From: Hyalangium minutum
GTDB lineage: Bacteria > Myxococcota > Myxococcia > Myxococcales > Myxococcaceae
Length of the DNA stretch: 64,000 nt
Direction of reading: 5' to 3'
NCBI RefSeq assembly: GCF_000737315.1
Contig: NZ_JMCB01000023.1
Location: 165,169 to 229,168 of the forward strand
Shown one piece after another: positions 9,726 to 21,839 of the stretch. The notes beneath the pieces were generated by a model, which was given only the letters and a program-made list of their open reading frames with translations, had not been told where the DNA came from and ran no database searches. Position numbers and translations under genes: made by a program. Numbering within the stretch: position 1 is the stretch's first letter; each line of letters opens with the position of its first letter.

Positions 9726-9772
9726 CCCCCATCCATAGGGTGTGGGATAGCGAGGGATACAGGATATGGGGT
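9726..9772. promoter_or_regulatory. Tandem NrdR-box-like operators upstream of nrdJ
   Basis: Two imperfect 16-bp palindromes, CCCCCATCCATAGGGT (9726-9741) and ATACAGGATATGGGGT (9757-9772), 31 bp apart start to start. They resemble the acaCwAtATaTwGtgt consensus and the usual tandem spacing. Confidence 0.7.
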
Positions 9773-9981
9773 TCGCAGTTCGAACCGGGTGGGTCTTCCG
9801 CGCGGGCTCCTGTCTCCGCTCTCGGGCGTTGGTTTTCCGGTCCAGCAGTCCCCTGCTCATCCGCTCGGCGCTGTCTGCCGCTGATCATTGATCCCTCAGG
9901 GATCTCGCGGGCTTAGGGACTTTTGCAAAATTTTGCATCCACACTTTGAGTGAAATCCAGCGCAGCAGCGGAGGACGGTCC

Positions 9982-12759
<2,778 letters not shown>

Positions 12760-12783
12760 GCCGCCCCTGAGCCGTTGAAGTAA

Positions 12784-12810
12784 GGGCTCCGGAGCTTGGC
12801 TCCGGGGCCC
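12784..12810. terminator. Hairpin between convergent genes (probable bidirectional terminator)
   Basis: GGGCTCCGGAGC-TTG-GCTCCGGGGCCC stem-loop between the nrdJ stop and the stop of the next gene. Confidence 0.7.
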
Positions 12811-12818
12811 TTCTGCTT

Positions 12819-15800
12819 TCAGGACTTGTGGCCCGCGTCATCCTTGGACTTGGAGGCCGCCGGTGCTCCGGCCGAGGCCCTCGCGGCCTCTTCGGCCTCG
12901 AACGCGGCGAAGGGATCGGCCTCGGGCTCCTGCGGCGCAGAGAGCGTCGCGGAGTCAGGGAACTCGGGCTCGGCGGAGGAGATCAGCTGATTCCAACTCG
13001 ACTCCAGCCCTGCTCCTTCCGGCTCGCCCACGGACACCACCGGTGTCCCCGGGCCCACGCCGAACTTCCCTGTGGCCGTCTGATCCGGCAGCGCGACGCC
13101 GTACTTGCTCGGAGGCACCGGCTGCCCTGTCGCGATCCCGTATTTGGCCGTCGACACGGCGGAATCCACCGCTGCGCTCCCCTGCCCTCCCGGCTTCGTG
13201 GGCACCGCGAGCGCAGGATTGCTCTCGACCGGAGCCTCCAGTTCGGCACGCACGACTCCGAAGATGCCGGTCTTCTCGGGCGCTTCGTCCTCGGGCTCGG
13301 CGCCCAGCGGGGGCTCGGGCTCCTTGCTCACGATGCCGTACTTGCCCGTCGTCGTGGGCTGCATGCTCGCGATCGAGAACTTCCCTGTGGCCGTCAGATC
13401 CGGCGCGGATGCGGGCGCGGGGATCGTGGGGATGGGGGCTTCGGGAGCTGCAGGCTCGGCGGAGGCGCTGGGCTCGGCCTTCTGGGCCTCGTCCTCGGGC
13501 TTCCACTGCGGCACGAAGTCCCAGGTCGGCGCCAGCGCGACCTCGTCGTCCGTACTCCCCGTCTCCTTGAGCTGCGGTGCCTCCGAGGTGTCGAGCTCGA
13601 GCCCTCGTTCGGTGCTCGGAGGCGCCTCGGGCTCATGGCCCGTCTGGGCCATGGACATGAACTCCCAGGTCGCCGCGAGCTGCATGGGCTCCTCGGGAGC
13701 CGGGGGCAGCTCGCCCAGATCGATCGGAGCCCTCGGCGCCTGCGCGACCTGCTCTCCGACCTTCGCGACCTGCGCCTCCGCGACCACCTCTTCCGCCGGC
13801 ATGACCCGCGCTTCCGCAGGTACCTCCTCGGCCGGCGCGGAGACCTTCGCGGCAGGAGCAACCCGCTCCTGAGGCGGTGCGGCCCGCTCCTGCGGGGCGA
13901 TGACAGCGGCGGAAGGTGCTGGCGCTTTCTCAGCCACGTCCTTGGCCGGCATGCCTATGTCCAGGGCATCCGCGACATCGAACGGGTTCGGAGGCGGTTC
14001 CTCGGACACCGGCTCAGCGGTGAGCACGGGCAGTTCCGCCGACACTGGCTCGGCGGTGAGCACGGGCACTTCCGCGGACACCGGCTCAGGCGTCAGCACG
14101 GGCGCTTCCGCAGACACCGGCTCGAGGGAGAGCACAGGCGCTTCCGCGGATACCGGCTCGGCCGTCAGCACAGGCACTTCCGCGGACACCGGCTCGGCCG
14201 TCAGCACAGGCACTTCCGCGGACACCGGCTCGGCCGTCAGCACAGGCACTTCCGCGGACACCGGCTCGGGGGAGAGCACGGGGGCTTCCGCGGACATCGG
14301 CTCAGCCGTGAGCACGGGCAGTTCCGCTGACACTGGCTCGGCGGTGAGCACAGGCACTTCTGCGGACACCGGCTCAGCCATCAGCAGCGGCGCTTCCTCG
14401 GACGCTGGCTCGGCGGTGAGCACGGGCAGTTCCGCCGACACCGGCTCGGCGGTGAGCACAGGCACTTCCGCAGACACCGGCTCGGCCGTCAGCACCGGCG
14501 CTTCCGCAGACACCTCTTCGTCCAGCGAGACGGGCAGCTCTTCGGCAACCTCTTCGATCGGCTCGAGGGCCTCGGCCTCTGCGTCGGCCACTTGCGAGGG
14601 CTTCTCGGACTGAGGCCCTGCCTCCTGGGCCGCAGCCTTCTCCACCGCCTCCTCGGACTTCAGCGGAGACATGTCCCAGTCATCGGGAACAGGAGGCACT
14701 GTGGTGGCCTTCTCTTCGATCTTGCCGAGCTCCGGCTCGGGCTCGAAGACGTCCTCAACGTCGACGGGCTCGCTCTCCTCGGAGGGAGCCAGTTCCTCCA
14801 GCGAGGCGGCTTCATCGACCGCGATCTCCACGGCAGCCGAGGCGTCCGCCTGCTCCGCGTCGTGGGCTCCCGCCTTCGCCGCCCCAGGAGCGCCAGCTTG
14901 CGCGGAAGCACCCGAGACTGCGGGAATCATGGAGGGAGCCTGCGCACCGGGCCGCTGCGCGGATGTGCCGGCAGGAGTCATACCGGGAGGAACCGCGACC
15001 GCAGCCTGCTGCCCCGGGAGCCCCGCGATGGAAGGCAGCGTGGGGGGACGCGCACTGGCGGACGGCGCGCTGGGGACCGGAATCGGAGGACGCGTGCCCA
15101 TCGCCACGGGCGGCACTTCAGGCAGGGACGGCACGGGAGGCGCCGGAGGAACCGGCGGGGAGGCCATGGCGGGCGGTGCCCCGACGGCAGGAATGGCCGA
15201 GCTGCTGGGGCGCTCACTGCGCGCAACGGCCGCTACAGGCGGTACCCCAACGGCGGCCCCCCCCGCGCTGCTGGGGCGCTCGCTGCGAGCAGCGGGGGCC
15301 ACAGCCGGTGCGCCGACGGCGGGCAGAGCCGCGCTGCTGGGGCGCTCATGGCGAGACGCAGACACGGGATGAGGAGCCGCCTGGGGATGCGCCCCCACGG
15401 GAGTTCCTGCAGGGGCTGCCACCCCGGGCGACGGTACGGGAACAGGCGGCCGGGTCGCTCCAGGCGGCATCGTCGGCATGGGAGGCCCAGCCACCGACGC
15501 AGGGCTGTGCGCGAACGCCGCGACAGGCGGGCTCGTCACGGCTGGAATTCCCGCGGACGTGGGCCGTGCGGAGGGAACCGGCGGGGACGCAGGCGGCAAA
15601 GGCACTGCAGGGAGTGTCGGAGGCCGCTGCACCGCGACCTGGGGCGCCCGAGGAATCGCACCGGGGACGGCGCCCTGGGCCGCTCCAGCGGGAGGCGGCT
15701 GAGGCGCCAGCGTGTGCGGAGCTCCTGTCGCCTGAGGACGAGGCGCCGCCTGAGCCCCATGGGGTGCCTGCGCGATCGGCGCGGGCGCATGCTGCACCCC

Positions 15801-17963
15801 CGGAGGCATCGGGACATGCGGCCCCCCTGCCGGGGCGGGATGAGCACCCGGAGGCACAGGGACAGGATGGGCTCCCGGCTGCGCCGGATAGGTCCCCGAC
15901 GGCGCTGCGGCGTGGGGGATTCCCGACTGCGTGGGATGGACCCCTGGCGCCCCGGCGGCGCGAGGCGCTCCGGCCTGCGCAGGATGAGTTCCCGGAGGAA
16001 CTGCAGCGGGGTGTGCACCGGTCTGAGGCGGATGAGCCGCCGGTACCGGAGCGTGGGTTCCCGGCTGGGCCGGATGCGTTCCCGATGGCGCTGGAACGGG
16101 ATGAGCACCCGCCTGCGCCGGATGAACTCCCGACGGCGCTGAGACGGGATGCGCTCCGGCCTGAGCTGGATGCGTTCCCGGCAGAGCCTGGGGCGCTGGC
16201 ATCTGCGCATGGGGCGCGCCGGGAGGCACTCCCGCCAGCGTCGGCCGGGCCGGCTGAGCACCCGCAGGAGGAGGGGCCTGTGGCGGCCGCGCACCCGGCG
16301 GAACAGGAGCGACTGTATGGAACTGCCCAGGCATGGGCACGGCCGTCGGAGGCCGAGGAGCCGCTGCGGCAGGTGGTTGAGGCCCCGCAGCCACGGGCGC
16401 CCTCGGAAGCTGCCCGGCGGGGGCAGCGGGCGGAGCCGCGGGGTGCAGCCCCGGGCCTGTTCCCGTCAACGTCGGAGGCCCCGGGCGGGCTCCAGGGGCC
16501 TGCGGGTGAGCCGCCATGACGGGAGCGGTGCCTGCGATCGGCATCTGCGCGTGGGCAGGAGGAACAGGAGCCATCGTCGGCGATGACCCCGTCCCCGTAC
16601 GAGCCCCCATCACGGGAGGAGAACCCGCCCCCGGCACTGCACCCGCCGGAGGCTGCCCCGCAGCTGAGGGATGCGTGCCTGCGGCAGGATGCGCGCCAGA
16701 GGGATGCGCCGCCGCAGGATGCGCTGCGGGCTGGGCCGCAGGATGCGCTGCGGGCTGGGCCGCAGGATGCGCTGCGGGCTGGGCCGCAGGATGCGCTGCG
16801 GGCTGGGCCGCAGGATGCGCCACTGCCGCCGGATGCGCCGCCGGATGCATCGCGGGCGCCGTGCTCGGAACCATGGGAGCCCCCTGCGGCGTGCCCTGCT
16901 GAGGCATCCCCGGTCGCGACGCCGCGCCGGGCTGCGCTGCGGCAGCCAACGGCGTCGGAGCATGCGCGGGGCCAGGAGCACTGGGAGCCGCCTGCGGAGC
17001 CCCCGTATTGAGCATGGACGCCCAGGCTGCAGGCGGTAGCCCTGAACGCACGGCCCCCGCTGCCGGAGCCGCCGGGGGAGGAGGCGCTGCGGGCGCACCA
17101 GGAGGCCTGGCCTGCATCGGAGCCGGGGGCGCGGCAGGCGCGGCAGGCGCGGCAGGCATGGCGAGGGCTGCAGGCGCGGCACCCAGAGCATCTTGCTCGT
17201 CATCCTCCGCGCTCAGGTACTGCCCAGGCGCGAGCCCTCCGAGCGATCCAATGCCCTCAGGCAGCTCGAGCGGCTGAACCCCATTGTCATCGGGCGCAGG
17301 CTCGTCGGGGAGCGGCGCGTTGTCACTGTCCCCCGAGTCCTCGCTGAGGAACTGGCCCGGCTCGAGCCCACCGAACATCCCCGCCTTCTGCCCCGCACCG
17401 GCCGCGGGAGGCTTGGCAGTCTGCGGACCTCCCGGAGGCCCCGGGGGCGCCGTCATGGGAGCCCCCGCCGCGTTGCGCGCGCCCGCTCCCGACTTCGTCG
17501 CCTCGGGATCCAGCTTGATGTACCGCTCGGGCCGGACGATGCCGAGGCGCTTCTCCAGGTAGGCGTAGAGCCGCAGCTCGGGGACGACGCACGGAATGAC
17601 GCGCAGCCCCGTGGTGAAGGAGATCTCATCCACCGCGTCCATGTCGAAGGGGCTCGCCATCGCCACCTTGATGCGGCGCCCGTCCACCGCGAGCGGGAAC
17701 ACGTAGTGTTTCTCGATCAGCGCCACCGGGATCGTCCCGAGCGTGGCCGACGTCACGGCCTCGAACTCGGCGATGGTCGCCTGCGGATAGCGCATCTGCT
17801 CCGCGAGCACCGCGCCCAACGTCTCGATGTCCAGGTACTCCAACTCGACGAGGTTCGTGCCGAGCCGGCCCCCGTAGATCATCTGGGCCTTCAGGGCTTC
17901 GTCGAGCTGCCCTGGGTTGATGAGGCCCTTGCGGACCAGAAGCGCACCGAGCTTTTCAGCCAT
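12819..17963 (-). CDS. MshEN/GspE N-terminal domain protein (FrgA-like) with a ~1500-aa low-complexity tail
   Basis: N-terminus KLGALLVRKGLINPGQLDEALKAQ...RLGTNLVEL followed by T2SSE_N-like sequence (YVFPLAVDGRRIKVAMASP), then a Pro/Ala-rich region and an acidic region. Start placed at MAEKLG. Confidence 0.8.
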   Translation of the reverse strand: MAEKLGALLVRKGLINPGQLDEALKAQMIYGGRLGTNLVELEYLDIETLGAVLAEQMRYPQATIAEFEAVTSATLGTIPVALIEKHYVFPLAVDGRRIKVAMASPFDMDAVDEISFTTGLRVIPCVVPELRLYAYLEKRLGIVRPERYIKLDPEATKSGAGARNAAGAPMTAPPGPPGGPQTAKPPAAGAGQKAGMFGGLEPGQFLSEDSGDSDNAPLPDEPAPDDNGVQPLELPEGIGSLGGLAPGQYLSAEDDEQDALGAAPAALAMPAAPAAPAAPPAPMQARPPGAPAAPPPPAAPAAGAVRSGLPPAAWASMLNTGAPQAAPSAPGPAHAPTPLAAAAQPGAASRPGMPQQGTPQGAPMVPSTAPAMHPAAHPAAVAHPAAQPAAHPAAQPAAHPAAQPAAHPAAQPAAHPAAAHPSGAHPAAGTHPSAAGQPPAGAVPGAGSPPVMGARTGTGSSPTMAPVPPAHAQMPIAGTAPVMAAHPQAPGARPGPPTLTGTGPGLHPAAPPAAPAGQLPRAPVAAGPQPPAAAAPRPPTAVPMPGQFHTVAPVPPGARPPQAPPPAGAQPARPTLAGVPPGAPHAQMPAPQALPGTHPAQAGAHPVSAPSGVHPAQAGAHPVPAPSGTHPAQPGTHAPVPAAHPPQTGAHPAAVPPGTHPAQAGAPRAAGAPGVHPTQSGIPHAAAPSGTYPAQPGAHPVPVPPGAHPAPAGGPHVPMPPGVQHAPAPIAQAPHGAQAAPRPQATGAPHTLAPQPPPAGAAQGAVPGAIPRAPQVAVQRPPTLPAVPLPPASPPVPSARPTSAGIPAVTSPPVAAFAHSPASVAGPPMPTMPPGATRPPVPVPSPGVAAPAGTPVGAHPQAAPHPVSASRHERPSSAALPAVGAPAVAPAARSERPSSAGGAAVGVPPVAAVARSERPSSSAIPAVGAPPAMASPPVPPAPPVPSLPEVPPVAMGTRPPIPVPSAPSASARPPTLPSIAGLPGQQAAVAVPPGMTPAGTSAQRPGAQAPSMIPAVSGASAQAGAPGAAKAGAHDAEQADASAAVEIAVDEAASLEELAPSEESEPVDVEDVFEPEPELGKIEEKATTVPPVPDDWDMSPLKSEEAVEKAAAQEAGPQSEKPSQVADAEAEALEPIEEVAEELPVSLDEEVSAEAPVLTAEPVSAEVPVLTAEPVSAELPVLTAEPASEEAPLLMAEPVSAEVPVLTAEPVSAELPVLTAEPMSAEAPVLSPEPVSAEVPVLTAEPVSAEVPVLTAEPVSAEVPVLTAEPVSAEAPVLSLEPVSAEAPVLTPEPVSAEVPVLTAEPVSAELPVLTAEPVSEEPPPNPFDVADALDIGMPAKDVAEKAPAPSAAVIAPQERAAPPQERVAPAAKVSAPAEEVPAEARVMPAEEVVAEAQVAKVGEQVAQAPRAPIDLGELPPAPEEPMQLAATWEFMSMAQTGHEPEAPPSTERGLELDTSEAPQLKETGSTDDEVALAPTWDFVPQWKPEDEAQKAEPSASAEPAAPEAPIPTIPAPASAPDLTATGKFSIASMQPTTTGKYGIVSKEPEPPLGAEPEDEAPEKTGIFGVVRAELEAPVESNPALAVPTKPGGQGSAAVDSAVSTAKYGIATGQPVPPSKYGVALPDQTATGKFGVGPGTPVVSVGEPEGAGLESSWNQLISSAEPEFPDSATLSAPQEPEADPFAAFEAEEAARASAGAPAASKSKDDAGHKS
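14000..14515 (-). repeat. In-frame 36-bp tandem repeat, about 14 copies of AEPVSAEVPVLT
   Basis: Directly visible in both protein and DNA (GGCTCGGCCGTCAGCACAGGCACTTCCGCGGACACC variants). Confidence 0.92.
16711..16820 (-). repeat. In-frame 24-bp tandem repeat, 4 perfect copies plus a partial (AAHPAAQP)
   Basis: GCCGCAGGATGCGCTGCGGGCTGG repeated four times. Confidence 0.92.
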
Positions 17964-18110
17964 GGAGGCCGATTCTAGACGCTTCAATGACGATGCGCGG
18001 CACTCGTTCGCCTTCGCAGCGCTTCGCCCCTGATGCAAAGTTCCAGGTGGCCTGGGACTTCACCGTCTGTCAGAGCGGGCAACGATGACAGTGTGCGCCT
18101 GAAAGCGCGC

Positions 18111-19505
18111 TCAGTAAGCGTTCTTCGACAGGAAGCCGCCCAGGGCGGTGCGCACGAGGATCTTCAGGTCCATCAAGAGCGACCAGTTCTCGATGTAGTA
18201 CAGGTCGTACTCGATGCGCTTCTGGATGGACGTCTGTCCGCGCAGGCCGTTGATCTGGGCCCAGCCGGTGATGCCGGCCTTCACCTTGTGGCGCAGGTGG
18301 TAGCGAGGAATCTGCCGCTTGAACTCCTCGATGAAGACGGGGCGCTCGGGGCGCGGGCCCACGAGGCTCATGTCGCCCACCAGCACATTGAAGAACTGGG
18401 GCAGCTCGTCGATGGAGTACTTGCGCAGGAAGGTACCGATGGGCGTGCGGCGGGTATCCTCGGCACTGGCCATCTTCGCGCCCGAGGCCTCGGCGTCGGT
18501 GCGCATGGTGCGGAACTTGAGGATGTGGAACGTGCGCCCGTCCATCCCCATGCGCTCCTGCTGATAGAGGATGGGGCCGCGGCTGGTGAGCTTCACCATG
18601 AGGGCCGTGACCCACATGATGGGCGCCGTCAGCACGATGGCGACCAGCGAGAAGAGGATGTCGAAGACGCGCTTGCCGACCCGGCTCCAGCCGTCCATGG
18701 GATCGCCCTGGAGGCTGATGATGGGCAGGCCGCCGAACTCCTCGAGCCCGCCGTACAGGGTGATGTACTGGTACAGGTCCGGCACCACCTTCACGTCCAC
18801 GGTGCGCAGCGCCAGCCGCTCCATGAGGTCCTTCACCACGAGCTGCTGCTCGAGCGGCAGGGCGATGATGACCTGATCCACGGGCTGCTCATCCAACACG
18901 CGCTCGACGTCCTCGATGCGGCCAATGACCGGAGCGCCGCGCACCTTGCGGCGGGCCTTCTCCAGGTCCTGCGCGAGCACGCCGATCACGCGGAAGCCCA
19001 GCTCGCGGTGATCGCGAACGGTCTCCACGACGCGCCGGCCGAGCTCGCCCTCGCCAATGACGAGAATGGTCTTCAGGTTGAAGCCACGGCGGCGCACCTC
19101 GGCGAGCGCGATGCGGAGCACCAGGCGGGTGATGGACACGAGCACCAGCGCGTAGCCGAGGAAGAGCGCGAGCGTGAGGCGCGAGTAGCGCTCGCGGGTG
19201 AAGTACGTGAGCGCCACGAGGATGAGGGTGGCGGTGATGGAGGCCTTGAAGACGGCGAACAGCTCGCCAATGTGCGTGCGCGAGCGGTTGGTCGTGTAGA
19301 GGTGGCCCTGGTGGAAGGTGATGGGGAAGATGAAGAGCGCCATCACCAGCGAGACGAGCGTCTCGTCCAGCGGAGGGATGCCATCCGTGATGGGGATGAG
19401 GCCGATGAAGCGCGTGGCGTACGCGAGCCCGAAGGCCACCGCGAGCATGAAGACGTCGGTGGCGATCTTGATGGACGTGTAGAAGCGCTGAAGACGACTG
19501 AACAC
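18111..19505 (-). CDS. wbaP: Undecaprenyl-phosphate sugar-1-phosphate transferase (WbaP/WcaJ family)
   Basis: Four N-terminal TM helices, CoA-binding-like middle domain, C-terminal Bac_transf motifs KFRTM, DELPQFFNVL.GDMSLVGPRPE, KAGITGWAQING, DLYYIENWS. Confidence 0.88.
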   Translation of the reverse strand: MFSRLQRFYTSIKIATDVFMLAVAFGLAYATRFIGLIPITDGIPPLDETLVSLVMALFIFPITFHQGHLYTTNRSRTHIGELFAVFKASITATLILVALTYFTRERYSRLTLALFLGYALVLVSITRLVLRIALAEVRRRGFNLKTILVIGEGELGRRVVETVRDHRELGFRVIGVLAQDLEKARRKVRGAPVIGRIEDVERVLDEQPVDQVIIALPLEQQLVVKDLMERLALRTVDVKVVPDLYQYITLYGGLEEFGGLPIISLQGDPMDGWSRVGKRVFDILFSLVAIVLTAPIMWVTALMVKLTSRGPILYQQERMGMDGRTFHILKFRTMRTDAEASGAKMASAEDTRRTPIGTFLRKYSIDELPQFFNVLVGDMSLVGPRPERPVFIEEFKRQIPRYHLRHKVKAGITGWAQINGLRGQTSIQKRIEYDLYYIENWSLLMDLKILVRTALGGFLSKNAY

Positions 19506-19722
19506 GCCAAGACTCCTGTGGCCTGCCGGAAGGACGGCCCCACCGCTGCAATTCTCGCACCCTTTGGCAGAGAGGTGTTCTCCCCCGGACAGCCTGGGCG
19601 CCAGGGCCTCCTAGCACGGAAAGACTCGTAAAACCAAGGGCTTGCCCGGAGCCTGGGGGGGACCCGGTGTAGGCCTGGCGTGGCGGCCCTCTGAAAAACC
19701 GGTGGGCCCTCTGGCACGAATG

Positions 19723-20856
19723 TCAGGGCTGGGTGGAGCCCGAGGAACCAGGCGAGCGGAGCAAGGACTCCACCTCGGCGAGGATGGCGCGGTGGAAGGC
19801 CGCCTTGGAGAAGCGGCGGGCCTGGACGCGGGCCTCTTCGGGACGGAAGCCGGTCTCCCAGGCATCGAACTGGCGCACGGCGGCGGCGAGCGCGGTGGGA
19901 GTCTGCTCGGAGAAGAAGAGGCCGGTACGCTCGGTGACGGTCTCCAGGACGCCGCCCTTGGCGTAGGCAATCACGGGACGGCCCGTGGCCTGGGACTCCA
20001 GGGGCGTGAGGCCAAAGTCCTCCTCGCCGGTGAAGAGGAGCGCACGAGCGTTGCGATAGAGGGCGGGCACTTCGGAGTCCGGCACGTTGCCGAGGAACCG
20101 GATGTGGGGCGGCAGCGGCCCGGAGGTGAGGCGTGCGGCGTCCTGGCCGGAGCCGACGACCCAGAGGGGGACATCCAGGGTGCGGAAGGCCTCCAGGGCG
20201 ATGTCGAGCCGCTTGTAGGGAGCGAAGGCGCCGAGCCACAGGAAGTAGCCGCCCTGGCCGGTGCCCTCGAGGGACGAGGCACAGAAGCGCTCGAGATCCA
20301 CGGGGGGGTGGACTACGCCCGCATCGCGATCCCAGAAGCGGTGGATCTTCGCGGCGATGTTGCGGCTGTTGGCGATGAAGCGATCGACACCGGCGGAGGA
20401 GTCGCGATCCCAGCGCTGGAGCCAAGGGCGCACGGCGCTGGCAGCGAGGCGCACGGGCCGCGAGGCGCGTCCGGGGCCGAAGTAGTCATCGAAGAGATCC
20501 CACATGTAGCGCATGGGCGCGTGCACATAGGAGAGGTGCTTGGCGCCGGGCGGCTTGCGGATGCCCTTGGCGACACAGTGGCTGGAGGAGAGGACGAGCT
20601 CGTAGCCCTGAAGGTGGAAGGACTCGATGGCGCGCGGGAAGAGCGGGAGGAAGTGGCGGTAGCGGGAGTGGATGCCGGGGATGTGCTGGAGAAACGAGGT
20701 GTAGATGCGCCGGTTCTCGATGGCCGGAGGCATCGTGCCGGGCTGATGGATAAGGGTGTAGACGTCCGCGTCGGGGAACAGCTCGCAGAGGGCTTCGAGG
20801 ACGCGCTCCCCACCGCGCAGGGTGACGAGCCAGTCATGAACGAGGGCGACCTTCAC
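19723..20856 (-). CDS. Glycosyltransferase family 4
   Basis: MKVALVHDWL...GGERVL, YVHAPMRY.WD, EEDFGLTPLESQA.G.PVIA. Confidence 0.92.
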   Translation of the reverse strand: MKVALVHDWLVTLRGGERVLEALCELFPDADVYTLIHQPGTMPPAIENRRIYTSFLQHIPGIHSRYRHFLPLFPRAIESFHLQGYELVLSSSHCVAKGIRKPPGAKHLSYVHAPMRYMWDLFDDYFGPGRASRPVRLAASAVRPWLQRWDRDSSAGVDRFIANSRNIAAKIHRFWDRDAGVVHPPVDLERFCASSLEGTGQGGYFLWLGAFAPYKRLDIALEAFRTLDVPLWVVGSGQDAARLTSGPLPPHIRFLGNVPDSEVPALYRNARALLFTGEEDFGLTPLESQATGRPVIAYAKGGVLETVTERTGLFFSEQTPTALAAAVRQFDAWETGFRPEEARVQARRFSKAAFHRAILAEVESLLRSPGSSGSTQP

Positions 20857-20963
20857 GGGCGACCTTCTACCATGAAGACGTACTCCTTAAGTGGCATCGT
20901 CTGGCGTCCCGTGCCCTCCCTAACCTGCTCCCTCGGCATGAACCACCGAGTGGTATCGGGAAC

Positions 20964-21833
20964 ATGATATTTTTCAGGAAGTCCGGCCACGTCGTGGCAC
21001 TTCTCGCTTGCTCCATGGCGTGGGGGCATGCGCCTCGCGCCGAGGCACAGACTGCGCATATACGTCTGGCCAAGGCTGCGGATACCCAACGTCCTACCGT
21101 GCCGATGCGACTCCCACCAGAGTTTGCGGCAGCACTCCAGCTCTACGAACAGCTCGAGTATGAGGCAGCGTTGGAACAACTGGCTCGCGTGCGATCGGCC
21201 GCCGTAGACACGGAGGTACGGGCCCTCACATGGCTCTATGAAGGGATCATCCTCGCCAACCTCGGCCAGACGCACCGTTCGCGCGAGGCTTTTCGCGAGG
21301 GGATTCGCCTCCAACCCGCTTCCGTTCTGCCGATCGAGGTTTCGCCCAAGGTCGCCCAGCTCTTCCAGGACATTCGCAAGGAGGAGCATCGCAGGCCCAG
21401 CCCCAGCCCTTCGAAGCTCGTTGCGCTTGAGGCCCCCCAACCTTCCCCTTCTGAGGTCCCCTCCACGCCTCTCGTTGGTACCGCACCACCCACGTCATCT
21501 CAGGCAGAGGATGCGGTTTCTAAGACAGAGGTGCTGCCTTGGGTGCCGTCAGCGTCGCCACCGCTCGACAAGATCACCCCCGTGAACCCTTATCATGTGG
21601 TCTTTGCCGTCGGCAGCGGCATGGCCATCACAGGCATCGCTCTCTATGCAGTCCTGGACGCATCAAGTCCGACGAAGCACGGCAACCTCAAATTCGCAGC
21701 GGGAGTGAGCGGGCTCTGGGGGCTCGGACTCGCCGCCTTCGGAGGCGTTGGCTCGTGGGGGCAACAAGAACCTAAACCTGTCGGCTCGCTCCAAAGTCGG
21801 CGAGTCTTTGCCAGTGCACAATTTTCCTTCTGA
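20964..21833 (+). CDS. Exported protein with TPR-like helical N-domain, Pro/Ser linker and C-terminal hydrophobic hairpin (paralog 1)
   Basis: Signal peptide ending RAEA; LYEQLEYEAALEQL..WLYEGIILANLG..AFREG..P..LP..VSPK helical motif; two Gly-rich hydrophobic segments; ends in QFSF. Confidence 0.7.
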   Translation: MIFFRKSGHVVALLACSMAWGHAPRAEAQTAHIRLAKAADTQRPTVPMRLPPEFAAALQLYEQLEYEAALEQLARVRSAAVDTEVRALTWLYEGIILANLGQTHRSREAFREGIRLQPASVLPIEVSPKVAQLFQDIRKEEHRRPSPSPSKLVALEAPQPSPSEVPSTPLVGTAPPTSSQAEDAVSKTEVLPWVPSASPPLDKITPVNPYHVVFAVGSGMAITGIALYAVLDASSPTKHGNLKFAAGVSGLWGLGLAAFGGVGSWGQQEPKPVGSLQSRRVFASAQFSF

Positions 21834-21839
21834 TGGTTT

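Noticed and set aside
9430-9981. Cobalamin riboswitch upstream of nrdJ (also considered upstream of eutBC)
   Set aside because: I could not identify the conserved B12-box or core stems by eye; an Rfam/Infernal scan would settle it.
14000-14515. Regularly spaced 36-bp repeats as a CRISPR array
   Set aside because: Contiguous in-frame coding repeats without unique spacers; no cas genes.
12819-17963. Possible type II secretion/pilus ATPase (GspE/PilB)
   Set aside because: Only the N-terminal MshEN/T2SSE_N part is present; there are no Walker motifs.
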